Source: a virus
Lineage: Duplodnaviria; Caudoviricetes
Virus record (IMG/VR): IMGVR_UViG_3300002092_000065
Coordinates: 1-47,883 of that record
Strand: one strand, 5' to 3'
Length of the DNA stretch: 47,883 nucleotides
Position numbers and translations under genes: made by a program. A model generated the notes under the pieces. The model saw only the letters and a list, made by a program, of their open reading frames with translations, had not been told where the DNA came from and made no database searches. Positions 16,819-25,658 of the stretch are shown piece after piece; the stretch's first letter is position 1; each line of letters begins with the position of its first letter.

Positions 16819-18306
16819 ATGTCGCAATCAGGCTATACCCCAATTCTAATTTACTCAAGCGCAACGACTACTAACGTACCGTTAGCTGCTAACCTATCAC
16901 AAGGCGAATTGGCAATCAACACAGCTGATGGCAAGCTATTCTATAAAGACAGTGGTGGTACTGTTCAAGTAATTGCTACTAAAGCAGGTGCTTTAGGTAC
17001 AGTTACATCAGTAAGTGGAACAGGAACTGTAAATGGACTAACTCTTACAGGGACAGTAACTACTTCAGGAAGTTTAACTTTAGGTGGAACTTTAGATTTA
17101 TCTAGTCCTCCTGCAATTGGCGGCACTGCTGCCGCTGCTGGTTCGTTTACTGCGTTGTCATACACAACTACCTTGACAGGCGGAACTGGTATTGTTAATT
17201 TAGGTTCTGGTCAATTTTATAAAGATGCAAGCGGTAACGTAATGATTGGAACAACAACTCCAAGACAATCACTTACTGTAGCACAAAACAATTCTGTTGG
17301 AATGGGAGTTGAAATTAGTAATTTAAGTACAAGTTCAGTTACTACTAAATTTGCTGGGGTTTATTTTTCGGGATTTGATACAGTAGGAACATATAAACCG
17401 ACTGCACTAATAGCAAGCAATCCTGATGATATAAATTATGTAAATAGTAACTTTACTATTTCAACAAGAATTGCCAATACACTAGCAGAACGTATGCGTA
17501 TTGATTCTAGTGGTAACGTAGGTATTGGTACAAGTAGTCCTAGCACTTATGGTAAATTAGCTATTGTTCAAGAAGGTAACAATGCCGCATTTATTGGAAC
17601 ATCAACAACATTAACAAATTATATTTCTGCTGATATTGCATATATCTGTGCAGCTCCTACTATTGGTTCTTCTGCAACAAGTAAAAACATTGTGTTTCAA
17701 ACTGGTTCTAGTGGTCTTGGCACAGAACGTATGCGTATTGATGCTAGTGGTAATGTGTTGATTGGAACTACAGCTCAATTACTTACCGAAAAGATGGCTG
17801 TAAAAAGCACATCTACTTACGTAGCAACATTTCAAAATGTAACAAATACAAGTGGATATAGTGGTATTTATTCAAGCATAGGTTCAGCAGGTAATAATAC
17901 AAGTACATTTCATTTTCAAGGAAATACAAATGCTGTTGGTAATTGGTATTTATATGGCAATGGAACAATGTCTTATTCATCTGACCAAAGATTAAAAAAG
18001 AATATTGAAACTACTCGTGATGGGTATATTGATGACTTATGCAAATTAAGAGTTGTTAAATACAATTGGAAAAATGACGAAGAAGGAAAGCCAAAGGAGC
18101 TTGGTTTAATAGCTCAAGAAGTAGAACAGGTATTTCCTAATTTGGTGCAAGATGATATTGGTAAAATTAGTGAAGATGATGATACAGTTTATAAACAACT
18201 TAAATCAAGCGTTTTACCATATATGCTTTTAAAAGCTATCCAAGAACTTAAAGCTATCGTAGACACACAAGCAGAACAAATCAAAGCATTACAAGGAGCT
18301 AAATAA
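16819..18306 (+). CDS. tail fibre/spike with C-terminal intramolecular chaperone (Peptidase S74)
   Basis: GELAINTADGKLF N-terminus, ERMRIDSSGNVGIGT repeats, SDQRLKKNI..GLIAQEVEQVFP. Confidence 0.85.
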   Translation: MSQSGYTPILIYSSATTTNVPLAANLSQGELAINTADGKLFYKDSGGTVQVIATKAGALGTVTSVSGTGTVNGLTLTGTVTTSGSLTLGGTLDLSSPPAIGGTAAAAGSFTALSYTTTLTGGTGIVNLGSGQFYKDASGNVMIGTTTPRQSLTVAQNNSVGMGVEISNLSTSSVTTKFAGVYFSGFDTVGTYKPTALIASNPDDINYVNSNFTISTRIANTLAERMRIDSSGNVGIGTSSPSTYGKLAIVQEGNNAAFIGTSTTLTNYISADIAYICAAPTIGSSATSKNIVFQTGSSGLGTERMRIDASGNVLIGTTAQLLTEKMAVKSTSTYVATFQNVTNTSGYSGIYSSIGSAGNNTSTFHFQGNTNAVGNWYLYGNGTMSYSSDQRLKKNIETTRDGYIDDLCKLRVVKYNWKNDEEGKPKELGLIAQEVEQVFPNLVQDDIGKISEDDDTVYKQLKSSVLPYMLLKAIQELKAIVDTQAEQIKALQGAK

Positions 18307-18635
18307 TGGCAACAACATTAGCATGGACTATTGATTCACTTTCAACATCTACAGAAGTCATTAATGGTTATAGTGAAGTGGTATTAACAGCCGCTTGGCG
18401 TTGCACAGGTACAGATGGCGATTATTCAGCATCTAACTATGGCTCTGTAGGACTTACTCAACCTGCGCCCAATGACCCTAATTTCATTCCTTTTGCTCAA
18501 TTAACACAAGATGAAGTTTTAGGCTGGGTGTGGGAAACAGTTAATAAGGATGAAACAGAAGCATCTGTTACTGCTCAAGTAAATAATCTAGTCAATCCAC
18601 CAGTAATTACACCACCACTTCCGTGGGCAAAATAA
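18306..18635 (+). CDS. tail-fibre-associated protein
   Basis: FIPFAQLTQDEVLGWV..LPW motif typical of genes following such fibres. Confidence 0.6.
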   Translation: MATTLAWTIDSLSTSTEVINGYSEVVLTAAWRCTGTDGDYSASNYGSVGLTQPAPNDPNFIPFAQLTQDEVLGWVWETVNKDETEASVTAQVNNLVNPPVITPPLPWAK

Positions 18636-18651
18636 TCACACAAATTTAATT

Positions 18652-18680
18652 TTGGCAGACACTAAAAAGTGTAGTATACT
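18652..18680 (+). promoter_or_regulatory. sigma70-type promoter of moron
   Basis: TTGGCA-N17-TATACT, then AGGAG RBS. Confidence 0.6.
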
Positions 18681-18709
18681 ATAGATTTACCAACCTAGGA
18701 GATAATCGT

Positions 18710-19255
18710 ATGATTATCGAGAAGATACTCCCTCAAGGGCTTGAGGATGAGGTGCGTAGAATAGTTATGCACCCTGGGCTTCCATGGCAGTGGAATGCTG
18801 AAAATATTATTCTGACCACACCGGATGATTATGTGTCACAAATGACGCATGTATTTTTCTACGGAGGGGCCGTTAGAAGCCGGTATTTTGCATTAGTAAA
18901 TAGTATAGTAGGCTATTTCTTAGAAAAAACTAAGTTCAAATTAAAACGGATTGTTAGGATCAAAGCCAATTTGATTCACAACTTGGTTCATAATGAACAG
19001 TCTTTAATTAATATGAACCACACAGATCTAGAGTCCCATGCTGAAGGGAACTACATTTCAATAGTGTACTATGTAGATACTTCAGATGGTGATACAGTAA
19101 TATACGAAGAAGATAGAGAAACTGTTAAGCTAACAGTTCCCCCAATCAAAGGCAATTGCGTTTGGTTTGATGCCAAGAATGTTTGGCATAGGTCTAACAT
19201 TCCGACCCACCACAAAAGACGCGTTGTTATTAATTTTGTATTGGAGGTCGAATGA
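18710..19255 (+). CDS. 2OG-Fe(II) oxygenase-like protein
   Basis: HTD (HxD), SIVYYV..SDGDT, distal WH and R-x-V-I-N-F. Confidence 0.75.
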   Translation: MIIEKILPQGLEDEVRRIVMHPGLPWQWNAENIILTTPDDYVSQMTHVFFYGGAVRSRYFALVNSIVGYFLEKTKFKLKRIVRIKANLIHNLVHNEQSLINMNHTDLESHAEGNYISIVYYVDTSDGDTVIYEEDRETVKLTVPPIKGNCVWFDAKNVWHRSNIPTHHKRRVVINFVLEVE

Positions 19256-20127
19256 ATCGCTTAGTAATCACAACAGAAAAGAACGATTTTGTCATTTTTG
19301 ATACGGAAACAAAATCCGTAGTATTTAGAAAAGATGAAACCGAAGCATTACATTGCCATCATTTAGCTGACCAACACCGGCATCCATTTAGGCCCTTTGG
19401 TATTGCTGAAGACGAAAAAAGCATTTACATTGCATCTAATGATAAATTAGGTCAGTTCAATAAAGCAACATACGAATTTGAACAAATAGTCGATATACCA
19501 TTATGGCTTAACACTCACCAAGTAATTAAAGATGGCAATACGCTATATGTTTGTAACACTGCTATTGATACCATTGGGATTTATAATTTAGAGTCCGGCG
19601 AAAATAAACAACTGAGTTTAAATTACATGTCAGTTGTTGAGCAAGTGCTAACGCCAAGGAATGCGGAAGAGTTAGACTCAAGACATATCAACTGTATTTA
19701 TGATGCCGGCGATAAGATATATTTTATCAGACATAACCGAGATATTATTGACTCAGATTTCGGATACTTCGATAAAGCCACTTTAGAGCCCCGTATACTC
19801 GTTTCTGCAGGTCGAAGCTGTCATGGTATTAAAATAATAAATAACGAGCTAATAAGCCTGTCTACGGGAGCCGGCGAATTGATTAGCATCAATTTAAGCT
19901 CGTTACGTGTCACTAAAGTTCCTCTAGTTGATCCAAATTCAACATTTTTACGAGGATTAGATTATTTCAATGGTAAATTTTATATTGGAGGATCTATCAA
20001 CTTTAAAAAGACATTAGAAATTGAACCTTCCTGTTATTTGTTTATTCTAGATACATCAACAGGCTCAATTGAAAAAATAGAACTTGAAGATCACAAGTTA
20101 ATTAACGATTTAAAATTTATTACATAG
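19252..20127 (+). CDS. beta-propeller protein (DUF4915/TIGR03032-like)
   Basis: RPFGIA, NTHQV, LYVCNT, HINCI, CHGI, FLRGL blade motifs. Confidence 0.5.
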   Translation: MNRLVITTEKNDFVIFDTETKSVVFRKDETEALHCHHLADQHRHPFRPFGIAEDEKSIYIASNDKLGQFNKATYEFEQIVDIPLWLNTHQVIKDGNTLYVCNTAIDTIGIYNLESGENKQLSLNYMSVVEQVLTPRNAEELDSRHINCIYDAGDKIYFIRHNRDIIDSDFGYFDKATLEPRILVSAGRSCHGIKIINNELISLSTGAGELISINLSSLRVTKVPLVDPNSTFLRGLDYFNGKFYIGGSINFKKTLEIEPSCYLFILDTSTGSIEKIELEDHKLINDLKFIT

Positions 20128-20137
20128 GGCTTTAAAA

Positions 20138-20374
20138 ATGGATAGTCAAACAGTCATCAACGCAATTGGCGGCATATTAGCAATTATCATCGGTTGGTTG
20201 GGTCGTGAATTGTGGGACGCAGTTCAGAAACTTAAATCAGACATGAAAGATCTAGAAATCAATCTACCAACCAACTATGTACGTAAAGACGACATGGAAG
20301 CTAGATTTGATAAATTGGAAGCTATGCTAAATAAACTGTTTGACCGACTAGATAGTAAGGCAGATAAACAATGA
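20138..20374 (+). CDS. single-TM coiled-coil protein of lysis cassette (holin/antiholin candidate)
   Basis: N-terminal hydrophobic helix, position before endolysin. Confidence 0.55.
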   Translation: MDSQTVINAIGGILAIIIGWLGRELWDAVQKLKSDMKDLEINLPTNYVRKDDMEARFDKLEAMLNKLFDRLDSKADKQ

Positions 20375-20784
20375 CCAACTCCCGCAGCCTTTCAGATCTA
20401 AATCCTAAAGTTGCTGCAATGTGCAGTGAGTTCATTAATCGGTGCAAAGATCAAGGCATCGACATCATCATCACATCGACCTACAGAGATTCAGAATCAC
20501 AAAATGCTCTGTATGCGCAAGGTCGCACAACGCCAGGTAAGATTGTTACCAATGCCAAAGGTGGACAATCATTCCACAATTGGAAAGTGGCATTTGACTT
20601 CTGCCCAATTGTTAACGGCAAACCTCAGTGGGCTGACACAGCGCTCTTTACTAAGTGCGGCGAGATCGCCGAGAGCATTGGCTTAGAGTGGGCCGGACGC
20701 TGGGTAAAATTTAAAGAGCTCGCGCATTGCCAGCACACCAATGGTTTATCATTACACGATTTTCAAGAGGGTAAAACATTATGA
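20371..20784 (+). CDS. endolysin, M15 family (L-Ala-D-Glu peptidase-like)
   Basis: TYRD..SQNALYAQGRT..VTNAKGGQSFHN..AFD..WAGRW..ELAH. Confidence 0.9.
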   Translation: MTNSRSLSDLNPKVAAMCSEFINRCKDQGIDIIITSTYRDSESQNALYAQGRTTPGKIVTNAKGGQSFHNWKVAFDFCPIVNGKPQWADTALFTKCGEIAESIGLEWAGRWVKFKELAHCQHTNGLSLHDFQEGKTL

Positions 20785-21017
20785 TTAAGTTTTTTCATGA
20801 TATCTTTACAGAGCCAAACAATCAAACATTTTGTATTATTAAATCAATGGCAGGCATTGGTACATTGTCGTTCATTGGGCTAGGTGTTACGCATGTGATC
20901 ATGAACCATACCATTGATTTTATGGGCTTTGGTACAGGGTTAGCAGCCATCATGGGTGCAGCCGGCGCTGGAACACATTGGAAAAAGGATACACCAATTG
21001 ACTCTCCTTCTGCTTAA
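20781..21017 (+). CDS. putative holin (2 TM)
   Basis: Two hydrophobic helices, between endolysin and spanins. Confidence 0.6.
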   Translation: MIKFFHDIFTEPNNQTFCIIKSMAGIGTLSFIGLGVTHVIMNHTIDFMGFGTGLAAIMGAAGAGTHWKKDTPIDSPSA

Positions 21018-21495
21018 ATACTGGAAACAAATAGCTGTAGTATTTACCCTACTAGGTATATTATTGTTCGCACACCATGCAGGGTATAATTCAGGCAAAA
21101 AAGAAATTCAAGCGGCATGGGATGCGCAAAAGTTAGTTGACTTAAAAGCCGCAGCCCAAGCTGAAGCCAAAACAACTTCGATTGTAGTTAAATCAGAAAC
21201 GGAAACACAACATGCTAATGACTTATTTAAAAATGAAGTGGATCGCTTTAAAGGTTTTTATAATCTCAGTAATATTGCTAATATTACCGGGATGCGCAAG
21301 CCAACCCTTGGAAAAACCAATAGCAGTCCAGTGTCCCAGCTTTCCAGTGATTCCGGACAGCCTCAAACAGCCAGCGCCGACACAGTACCTCGTGCCGACT
21401 ACGAAAAACTAGCAAACGATTGCCTAGCTACAACAATCCAGCTTAACAACGCCCAAGAGTGGGCTGCCGAACAAGCTAAAATCTACGGCAATTAG
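20998..21495 (+). CDS. i-spanin (Rz-like)
   Basis: TTG start after AAGGA; N-terminal TM, helical periplasmic domain with C-terminal Cys. Confidence 0.7.
   Translation: MTLLLLKYWKQIAVVFTLLGILLFAHHAGYNSGKKEIQAAWDAQKLVDLKAAAQAEAKTTSIVVKSETETQHANDLFKNEVDRFKGFYNLSNIANITGMRKPTLGKTNSSPVSQLSSDSGQPQTASADTVPRADYEKLANDCLATTIQLNNAQEWAAEQAKIYGN
21233..21412 (+). CDS. o-spanin lipoprotein (Rz1-like), nested in alternate frame
   Basis: Signal peptide with lipobox LPGC, Pro-rich mature part, fully embedded in Rz. Confidence 0.75.
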   Translation: MKWIALKVFIISVILLILPGCASQPLEKPIAVQCPSFPVIPDSLKQPAPTQYLVPTTKN

Positions 21496-21526
21496 GGGCG
21501 TTAAGACGCCCTTTTTTGCATTAGTA
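21496..21526 (+). promoter_or_regulatory. terminator hairpin overlapping a phage promoter motif copy
   Basis: GGGCGT-TAAG-ACGCCC-TTTTTT; the same GGGCG lies N16 before TGCATTAGTA 21517-21526. Confidence 0.75.
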
Positions 21527-21577
21527 TACTTAAGAGCCCGATCAGCTCATTTAACAAATAACCTCGAGGAAAGAATT

Positions 21578-22513
21578 ATGGAAGGCTTTAAAACAATGGT
21601 TCGTATGAAGACAGGCGGCAGCGTGTCTAAGGCAGTTGAAGAAGCTAAGATGTGCTCTGGCGGTAAAGCCAAGTACAAAGCTGGTGGAAAAGTACATGAT
21701 GATGAAGCACAAGACAAAGCACTCATCAAAAAAGAATTAAGCAAATTCGCTAAAGAAGAAGACAAAGGCGAGAAGGCAGAACTTAAATTAAAAACTGGCG
21801 GCCGCGCTAAAAAGGCAAAAGGCACAGTTAAGAAATTCAAAGCTGGCGGCGCTATTGAATTGAAGAAGACCGCTGGCGATAAAGACACCATCAAAAAAGT
21901 CAAAGCAACTGGCGCTAAAAAAGCAGACACCCCATCTAAGGCAGCTGCTAAACCGGCGTTCAAAGGTTCTGATGTAGCTAAAGAAAAAAGCAAACCAGCT
22001 GGTGATAAAGACGCAACTAAGAAAGTTAAAGCAGCTCCTAAAAAGGCCGCAGCCCCATCTAAAGGTGAAGCTAAGGTTTCTGACGTAGAAAACTTTGCAG
22101 AAGGCGGTATGGCTGGTTACGGCCGTGGTGGATCAATTGGTGCAGAAAGTCCAATCCCTCCATCAATTGCAGCCCAGTTAATGCAAGCTCAAAACGGAGC
22201 AGCATTGCGCGGACCTACACCATCTCCAATGGGTACGCCTGCGGTTCCTGGTGACAACCCAGTGATGGGTGGCGGAGGACTACCTCAACGTCAAGCAGGC
22301 TCTATAGCACAACCTCAACCTAATGATATTTCACAAATGTTAGGTCGACCAGTAAATGAAGCGGGAGCCACACAACAACCTTCATTCAATGCGTATCAAA
22401 ACTTCCGCCGTGCTAATCCAAATGCAAAACCTGGAATGAATCCTCAACAAATTGAACAATTGTTACAATCCCCAGCATTCCAACGTAGCAATCAGAACTT
22501 CACGGATCGCTAA
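21578..22513 (+). CDS. Lys/Ala-rich (histone H1-like) low-complexity protein with repeated xxxGG motifs; putative internal virion protein
   Basis: K/A-rich N-terminal half, P/Q-rich tail; seven [MFYL]xxGG motifs. Confidence 0.55.
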   Translation: MEGFKTMVRMKTGGSVSKAVEEAKMCSGGKAKYKAGGKVHDDEAQDKALIKKELSKFAKEEDKGEKAELKLKTGGRAKKAKGTVKKFKAGGAIELKKTAGDKDTIKKVKATGAKKADTPSKAAAKPAFKGSDVAKEKSKPAGDKDATKKVKAAPKKAAAPSKGEAKVSDVENFAEGGMAGYGRGGSIGAESPIPPSIAAQLMQAQNGAALRGPTPSPMGTPAVPGDNPVMGGGGLPQRQAGSIAQPQPNDISQMLGRPVNEAGATQQPSFNAYQNFRRANPNAKPGMNPQQIEQLLQSPAFQRSNQNFTDR

Positions 22514-22514
22514 C

Positions 22515-22664
22515 ATGCCGGTAAAATCGAAAGCGCAACAGAAAGCAATGTACGCGGCAGCCGAGGGTGAAAGCACCCTTGGCATCCCTAAAAAAGTGGG
22601 TAAGGAATTTACTAAAGGGCCTGCGCCTAAAAACCTACCAAAAAAAGTATCTAAGAAGAAATAA
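22515..22664 (+). CDS. small basic protein
   Basis: [26 protein letters not shown]; start moved to ATG 22515. Confidence 0.65.
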   Translation: MPVKSKAQQKAMYAAAEGESTLGIPKKVGKEFTKGPAPKNLPKKVSKKK

Positions 22665-23743
22665 TGGCATACTCAGGCACATACGATCAAACCAAGATAA
22701 CGGTTGATCAAATAATCTCTTACGCATATCGTGACGCTGGTAAACAGGCAGAAGAGATTACGCCTGAGTATTCAAACGCCGGCAAACAAGCGCTATTCTA
22801 TATTCTACAAAATTCTGTTAACCGCGGTATTAATATTTGGTTGCAAAAGATTGAAGTGTTGGGACCTAAAGCATTCCAGCAATTTATGTCTATGCCAAAG
22901 AATACTGTAGATGTATTAGAAGCCAATTGGATCTATGTACAGAATCCTGCGATTGCTACGGCATTGCCTTATGATAATCCAAACTCACCAGGGTTATTTG
23001 ATCAGTCTGCTAACTTTAGTTTAACGTTACATGCAACATCTACGTTAGCTGAAAACTATTTTGGTGCCCAGTACCAACAGCAAACTCGATTGTTTTATGT
23101 TGGGTTCAATGCATATTCACCAAATGGTCTGACTACATACAACCTTGATTTAGAAGTTAGTAACGACGGTATAAACTGGACGGTATGGCAGTCTCTTGAT
23201 GAAGTGACATTGGCCGATGAAGAGTGGTCTTATACTACTATTACATCAACTCAACCATTCTACTACTATCGTTTAAAGAACAGAGACACAGCCAATACGT
23301 TCTCTATTCGTGCAATCCAATTTGCTCAAAGCCAGCAAGTTATTCCACTTGCTCGACTAAACCGCACAGACTACTTTAGCTTACCAAACAAACAGTTCCC
23401 TGGTAATCGTGCGCTTCAGTACTGGTTTAATCGTCAAATTGATCCTGAGATTTATTTCTGGCCTGTGCCAAATAATAACTATCAGATGTTCCAATTTATT
23501 TTGGAACTACAACCTCAAGACGTTGGCAGTTTGACTAACGAGCTCTATTTGCCTGATCGTTGGGTACCTTATATCCAAGCTGAATTATCACACAAATTGG
23601 CGCTTCAATTGCCTAATGTGGATATGGCTCGAGTAGCTTACTTAAAACAAGAAGCGATGCAGTTACGTCAAGAAGCCGAAGAGGAGGATAGAGACAAATC
23701 TCCAATTTACTTCCAACCTAACGTGAGGCCGTACACGATTTAA
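22664..23743 (+). CDS. head-tail adaptor-like protein with inserted discoidin-like domain
   Basis: NRGINIW and RLNRTDY..LPNK motifs; central LEVSNDGINWT..YYYRL insertion. Confidence 0.55.
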   Translation: MAYSGTYDQTKITVDQIISYAYRDAGKQAEEITPEYSNAGKQALFYILQNSVNRGINIWLQKIEVLGPKAFQQFMSMPKNTVDVLEANWIYVQNPAIATALPYDNPNSPGLFDQSANFSLTLHATSTLAENYFGAQYQQQTRLFYVGFNAYSPNGLTTYNLDLEVSNDGINWTVWQSLDEVTLADEEWSYTTITSTQPFYYYRLKNRDTANTFSIRAIQFAQSQQVIPLARLNRTDYFSLPNKQFPGNRALQYWFNRQIDPEIYFWPVPNNNYQMFQFILELQPQDVGSLTNELYLPDRWVPYIQAELSHKLALQLPNVDMARVAYLKQEAMQLRQEAEEEDRDKSPIYFQPNVRPYTI

Positions 23744-23771
23744 TAATGAAAAATTGTATGGAAATAAATAA

Positions 23772-24392
23772 ATGACCGGTTCAGCAGTAATGACATATGA
23801 TAATCTTGTCGCCAATATTATCAACTATACAGAACGTGACGATGACCAGTTCGAAGCTACGATTCCAACGATTATCGCTTTAACAGAAGCGAGCATTGCC
23901 GCTGAGTTAAAAACTTATTTGCAGTTGCAAGTTGTGGAATCTACCCTACTTCAAAACCAAACAGTTTTGGAGAAGCCTGCAAGATGGCGTAAAACGGTAT
24001 CTATGAAAATAAATGGTCAGCCTGTGTTATTGCGCAGTCAAGACTATGTGGCACAGTACTTATCAGAGTCCACATCAGGCAAGCCTGTGATGTATGCTGA
24101 GTATGATTTTTCCCATTGGAATTTTGCACCAGCGCCTGATCAAGATTACCCTGTTGAAATTCAATACTTTAGTGAAATTCAACCATTGGATTCAACAAAC
24201 CAACAAAACCTATTTACGGCTAACTGTCCACAATTAATGCTTTACGGTGCCATGTATAATGCTATGGTATATTTAAAAGCAGAAGACAAAATACCGGTTT
24301 GGCAAAGCTACTACCAAGAAGCTTTATCAGCACTTAAAAAAGAAGACAATTCTCGTCGTATAGATCGCAATACGAGCATACAGGAACCATAA
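23772..24392 (+). CDS. tail adaptor/tubular protein A-like
   Basis: MTYDNL..I..Y, FAPAPDQDY, PQLMLYG motifs; synteny. Confidence 0.55.
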   Translation: MTGSAVMTYDNLVANIINYTERDDDQFEATIPTIIALTEASIAAELKTYLQLQVVESTLLQNQTVLEKPARWRKTVSMKINGQPVLLRSQDYVAQYLSESTSGKPVMYAEYDFSHWNFAPAPDQDYPVEIQYFSEIQPLDSTNQQNLFTANCPQLMLYGAMYNAMVYLKAEDKIPVWQSYYQEALSALKKEDNSRRIDRNTSIQEP

Positions 24393-24395
24393 TAG

Positions 24396-25658
24396 ATGAC
24401 CACATTTACAAGCCCATTCACAGGAAATGTCATAGACCCAACGGACGTATCCTATTATGCTCTGAACTTCTCAGAAAATACTCAGCTATATTGGCCTTCT
24501 GTTGTTAATCCAACACAGGTTCCTGCAGCCCGTATTATGGATTGTACTACGTCTGTTGCTAGTCTTCAAATATTATTGCCACAAGCAAATCAAGGATCCG
24601 TTGGCTCTGATATTTTAATCAGAAACAAAGGCTCTGTAGCATTTACTGTTGTAGACTTTGATGGAAACGAAAGCGTTGTTGTCAATCCAGGTGTGTCTAA
24701 ATATCTATATTTATCAGACAACACGACCACAGGCGGTGTTTGGCAAAACGTTACGTTTGGCACTGGCACGTCTGCAGCAGATGCGGCAACACTTCAAGGC
24801 CCTGGGTTAACTACACTTTTTGGTAAGTTGGCAGTTACTTCTAATATTGTAGAAGTATCATCTGTTCCAAACCTTACAGACGCAAGCCGAGCAAATAGTT
24901 ATGTGTGGACTAGCGGTGGTGGCACTTTCACGTTACCTAATGCTGCATCTCTATCAGACGGGTGGTGGATAGGATTCCGCAATGGCGGCACAGGTACGCT
25001 AACCATTGCAGCAAATAGCCCGGCCGCGATCAATGGTTTGACAAGCATTAATATCAACCCAAACAACTCAGGGTTTATTTACTTTGAAAAAGCAACGGGT
25101 ATGTATTACACTTTTGGCTTTGCTGCCGAAGTAAACCCAACGTTCTCATCAGCTACGTATGATGTGGACAGCATCCCTGGAAGCTCATTTAGCTTAGTTC
25201 AGTTCGCCCCAAACATTCAAGATTATGTGGCCCTATCAGGCACTCGAACAACTAACTTAAATGTTACATTACCTGCTGTTACTCAGCTATATGGTTTTAT
25301 TAATGATACAACCTCTGGCGCATATAATATAACATTTACCATCTCTGGCGGTGTCAATACTATTTCCTTGGCAGCAGGCCAAGTAGCTGTTGTAGTAGCC
25401 AATGGTCCACTATTATATGTGATCTCACAGACCACCACCAACATTTTCTATGGTCAAAATGGATCAGCCTCTGTACCAACGTTTTCATTTACTAATGACC
25501 ATGCAACGGGGATGTACTTAGTTGGTACAAGTATTTTAGGATTGACTGCTAATTCAACAGAACTATTGAATTTAGATAATTCAAATACTATGTCTCCTCA
25601 AGTATCTACAGTTGCAACTTTTAATGCAACCGGCGGAATTCCTGGCGGAACATTCTAA
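24396..25658 (+). CDS. tail/virion structural protein
   Basis: Beta-rich, TFTLPNAAS motif, ends GGTF. Confidence 0.6.
   Translation: MTTFTSPFTGNVIDPTDVSYYALNFSENTQLYWPSVVNPTQVPAARIMDCTTSVASLQILLPQANQGSVGSDILIRNKGSVAFTVVDFDGNESVVVNPGVSKYLYLSDNTTTGGVWQNVTFGTGTSAADAATLQGPGLTTLFGKLAVTSNIVEVSSVPNLTDASRANSYVWTSGGGTFTLPNAASLSDGWWIGFRNGGTGTLTIAANSPAAINGLTSININPNNSGFIYFEKATGMYYTFGFAAEVNPTFSSATYDVDSIPGSSFSLVQFAPNIQDYVALSGTRTTNLNVTLPAVTQLYGFINDTTSGAYNITFTISGGVNTISLAAGQVAVVVANGPLLYVISQTTTNIFYGQNGSASVPTFSFTNDHATGMYLVGTSILGLTANSTELLNLDNSNTMSPQVSTVATFNATGGIPGGTF

Noticed and set aside
14300-18306. Diversity-generating retroelement or invertible tail-fibre cassette
   Set aside because: No reverse transcriptase or invertase; repeats are diverged protein-level repeats.
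23746-23775. Mini-ORF MKNCMEINK overlapping the next start, possible scar of a lost endonuclease
   Set aside because: Too short to support without comparative data.
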